A DNA stretch of 64,000 nucleotides from NCBI RefSeq assembly GCF_006345805.1, contig NC_042997.1, forward strand, positions 166,904,001-166,968,000, written 5' to 3'. The stretch is from Octopus sinensis. Lineage: Eukaryota. Positions within the stretch are counted from its first letter, which is position 1. Each line of letters opens with the position of its first letter. The notes below the pieces were generated by a model. It was not told the DNA's origin. It searched no databases and saw only the letters and a program-made list of their open reading frames with translations. This document shows positions 63,362 through 64,000 of the stretch, piece after piece. A program made the position numbers and the translations under genes.

Positions 63362-63614
63362 ATTATCCGATGTGTACCTCGTCTCTTAAAATACTAAGGT
63401 GTAATTGAAATGTGATTTGGTTACTATTTCTAGCAGGACAAGTGACTATGGAGAGGCTCTCACATTGGCTTATGTGATAATTGTCGTTTGAAGTACTGGT
63501 GGTAGTACTGAACTGAGAGTAATGGCCTCTATGGTTACGATGGCAATGGTAAATGTGTTTGTGTATGTGTATGTAGGGTATGTGTGGTTGTTTACATATA
63601 AGCATAGTATTATG

Positions 63615-63627
63615 GACATGTGTGTGC

Positions 63628-63692
<65 letters not shown>

Positions 63693-63871
63693 TGTGTGTG
63701 CGTGTGTGTGTGTGTGTGTGAGTGTGTGCGTGAGTACGATTGTCTATGTTTTTGCAGAAAACAAGTGCCTGTGTATATCAAACAAAATGTTCATATGATA
63801 TATAAATATAAATATATTTTTGTGTGTGCGAGTGTGTGTTTGTGTATGTGTGTGTGTGTGGCTGCATGTAC

Positions 63872-63902
<31 letters not shown>

Positions 63903-63930
63903 GCTGCATGTACATATGTGTGTGTGCATG
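63615..63930. repeat. (TG)n-(CG)n-(TG)n microsatellite and a small tandem duplication
   Basis: Run of alternating CG at about 63660-63676; tgtgtggctgcatgtacatatgtg occurs twice. Confidence 0.92.
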
Positions 63931-64000
63931 AGTACGCGAACACACATGTACTTTTATGTGAACGCAGGCGTATGTGTATATGTACATATATGAGCATGTA

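Overview
This is AT-rich, microsatellite-saturated eukaryotic DNA, intronic or intergenic in character. The SINE families match my recollection of octopus repeats, so Octopus sp. is inferred, not verified. I could not identify any named protein-coding gene. The long ORFs in the track are translations of simple repeats or SINEs, and only a few low-confidence exon candidates remain. The window holds about 20 copies of a tRNA-derived Nin-like SINE (family A), about 12 copies of a CORE-like SINE with an internal microsatellite (family B), three OR1/OR2-like SINEs with two different tails, and other SINEs. It also holds decayed CR1-like, RTE-like and R4/Dong-like LINE fragments, Tc1/mariner relics, a MITE, Helitrons and a complex local duplication. 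The most interesting signal is that family A appears to insert repeatedly into its own older copies at one hairpin site, giving dimers, a trimer and young/old chimeras. Next are a Helitron carrying a tandemly amplified piggyBac transposase fragment, an internally inverted mariner, and a Penelope-type hammerhead-like motif. All analysis was done by eye, with no searches run.
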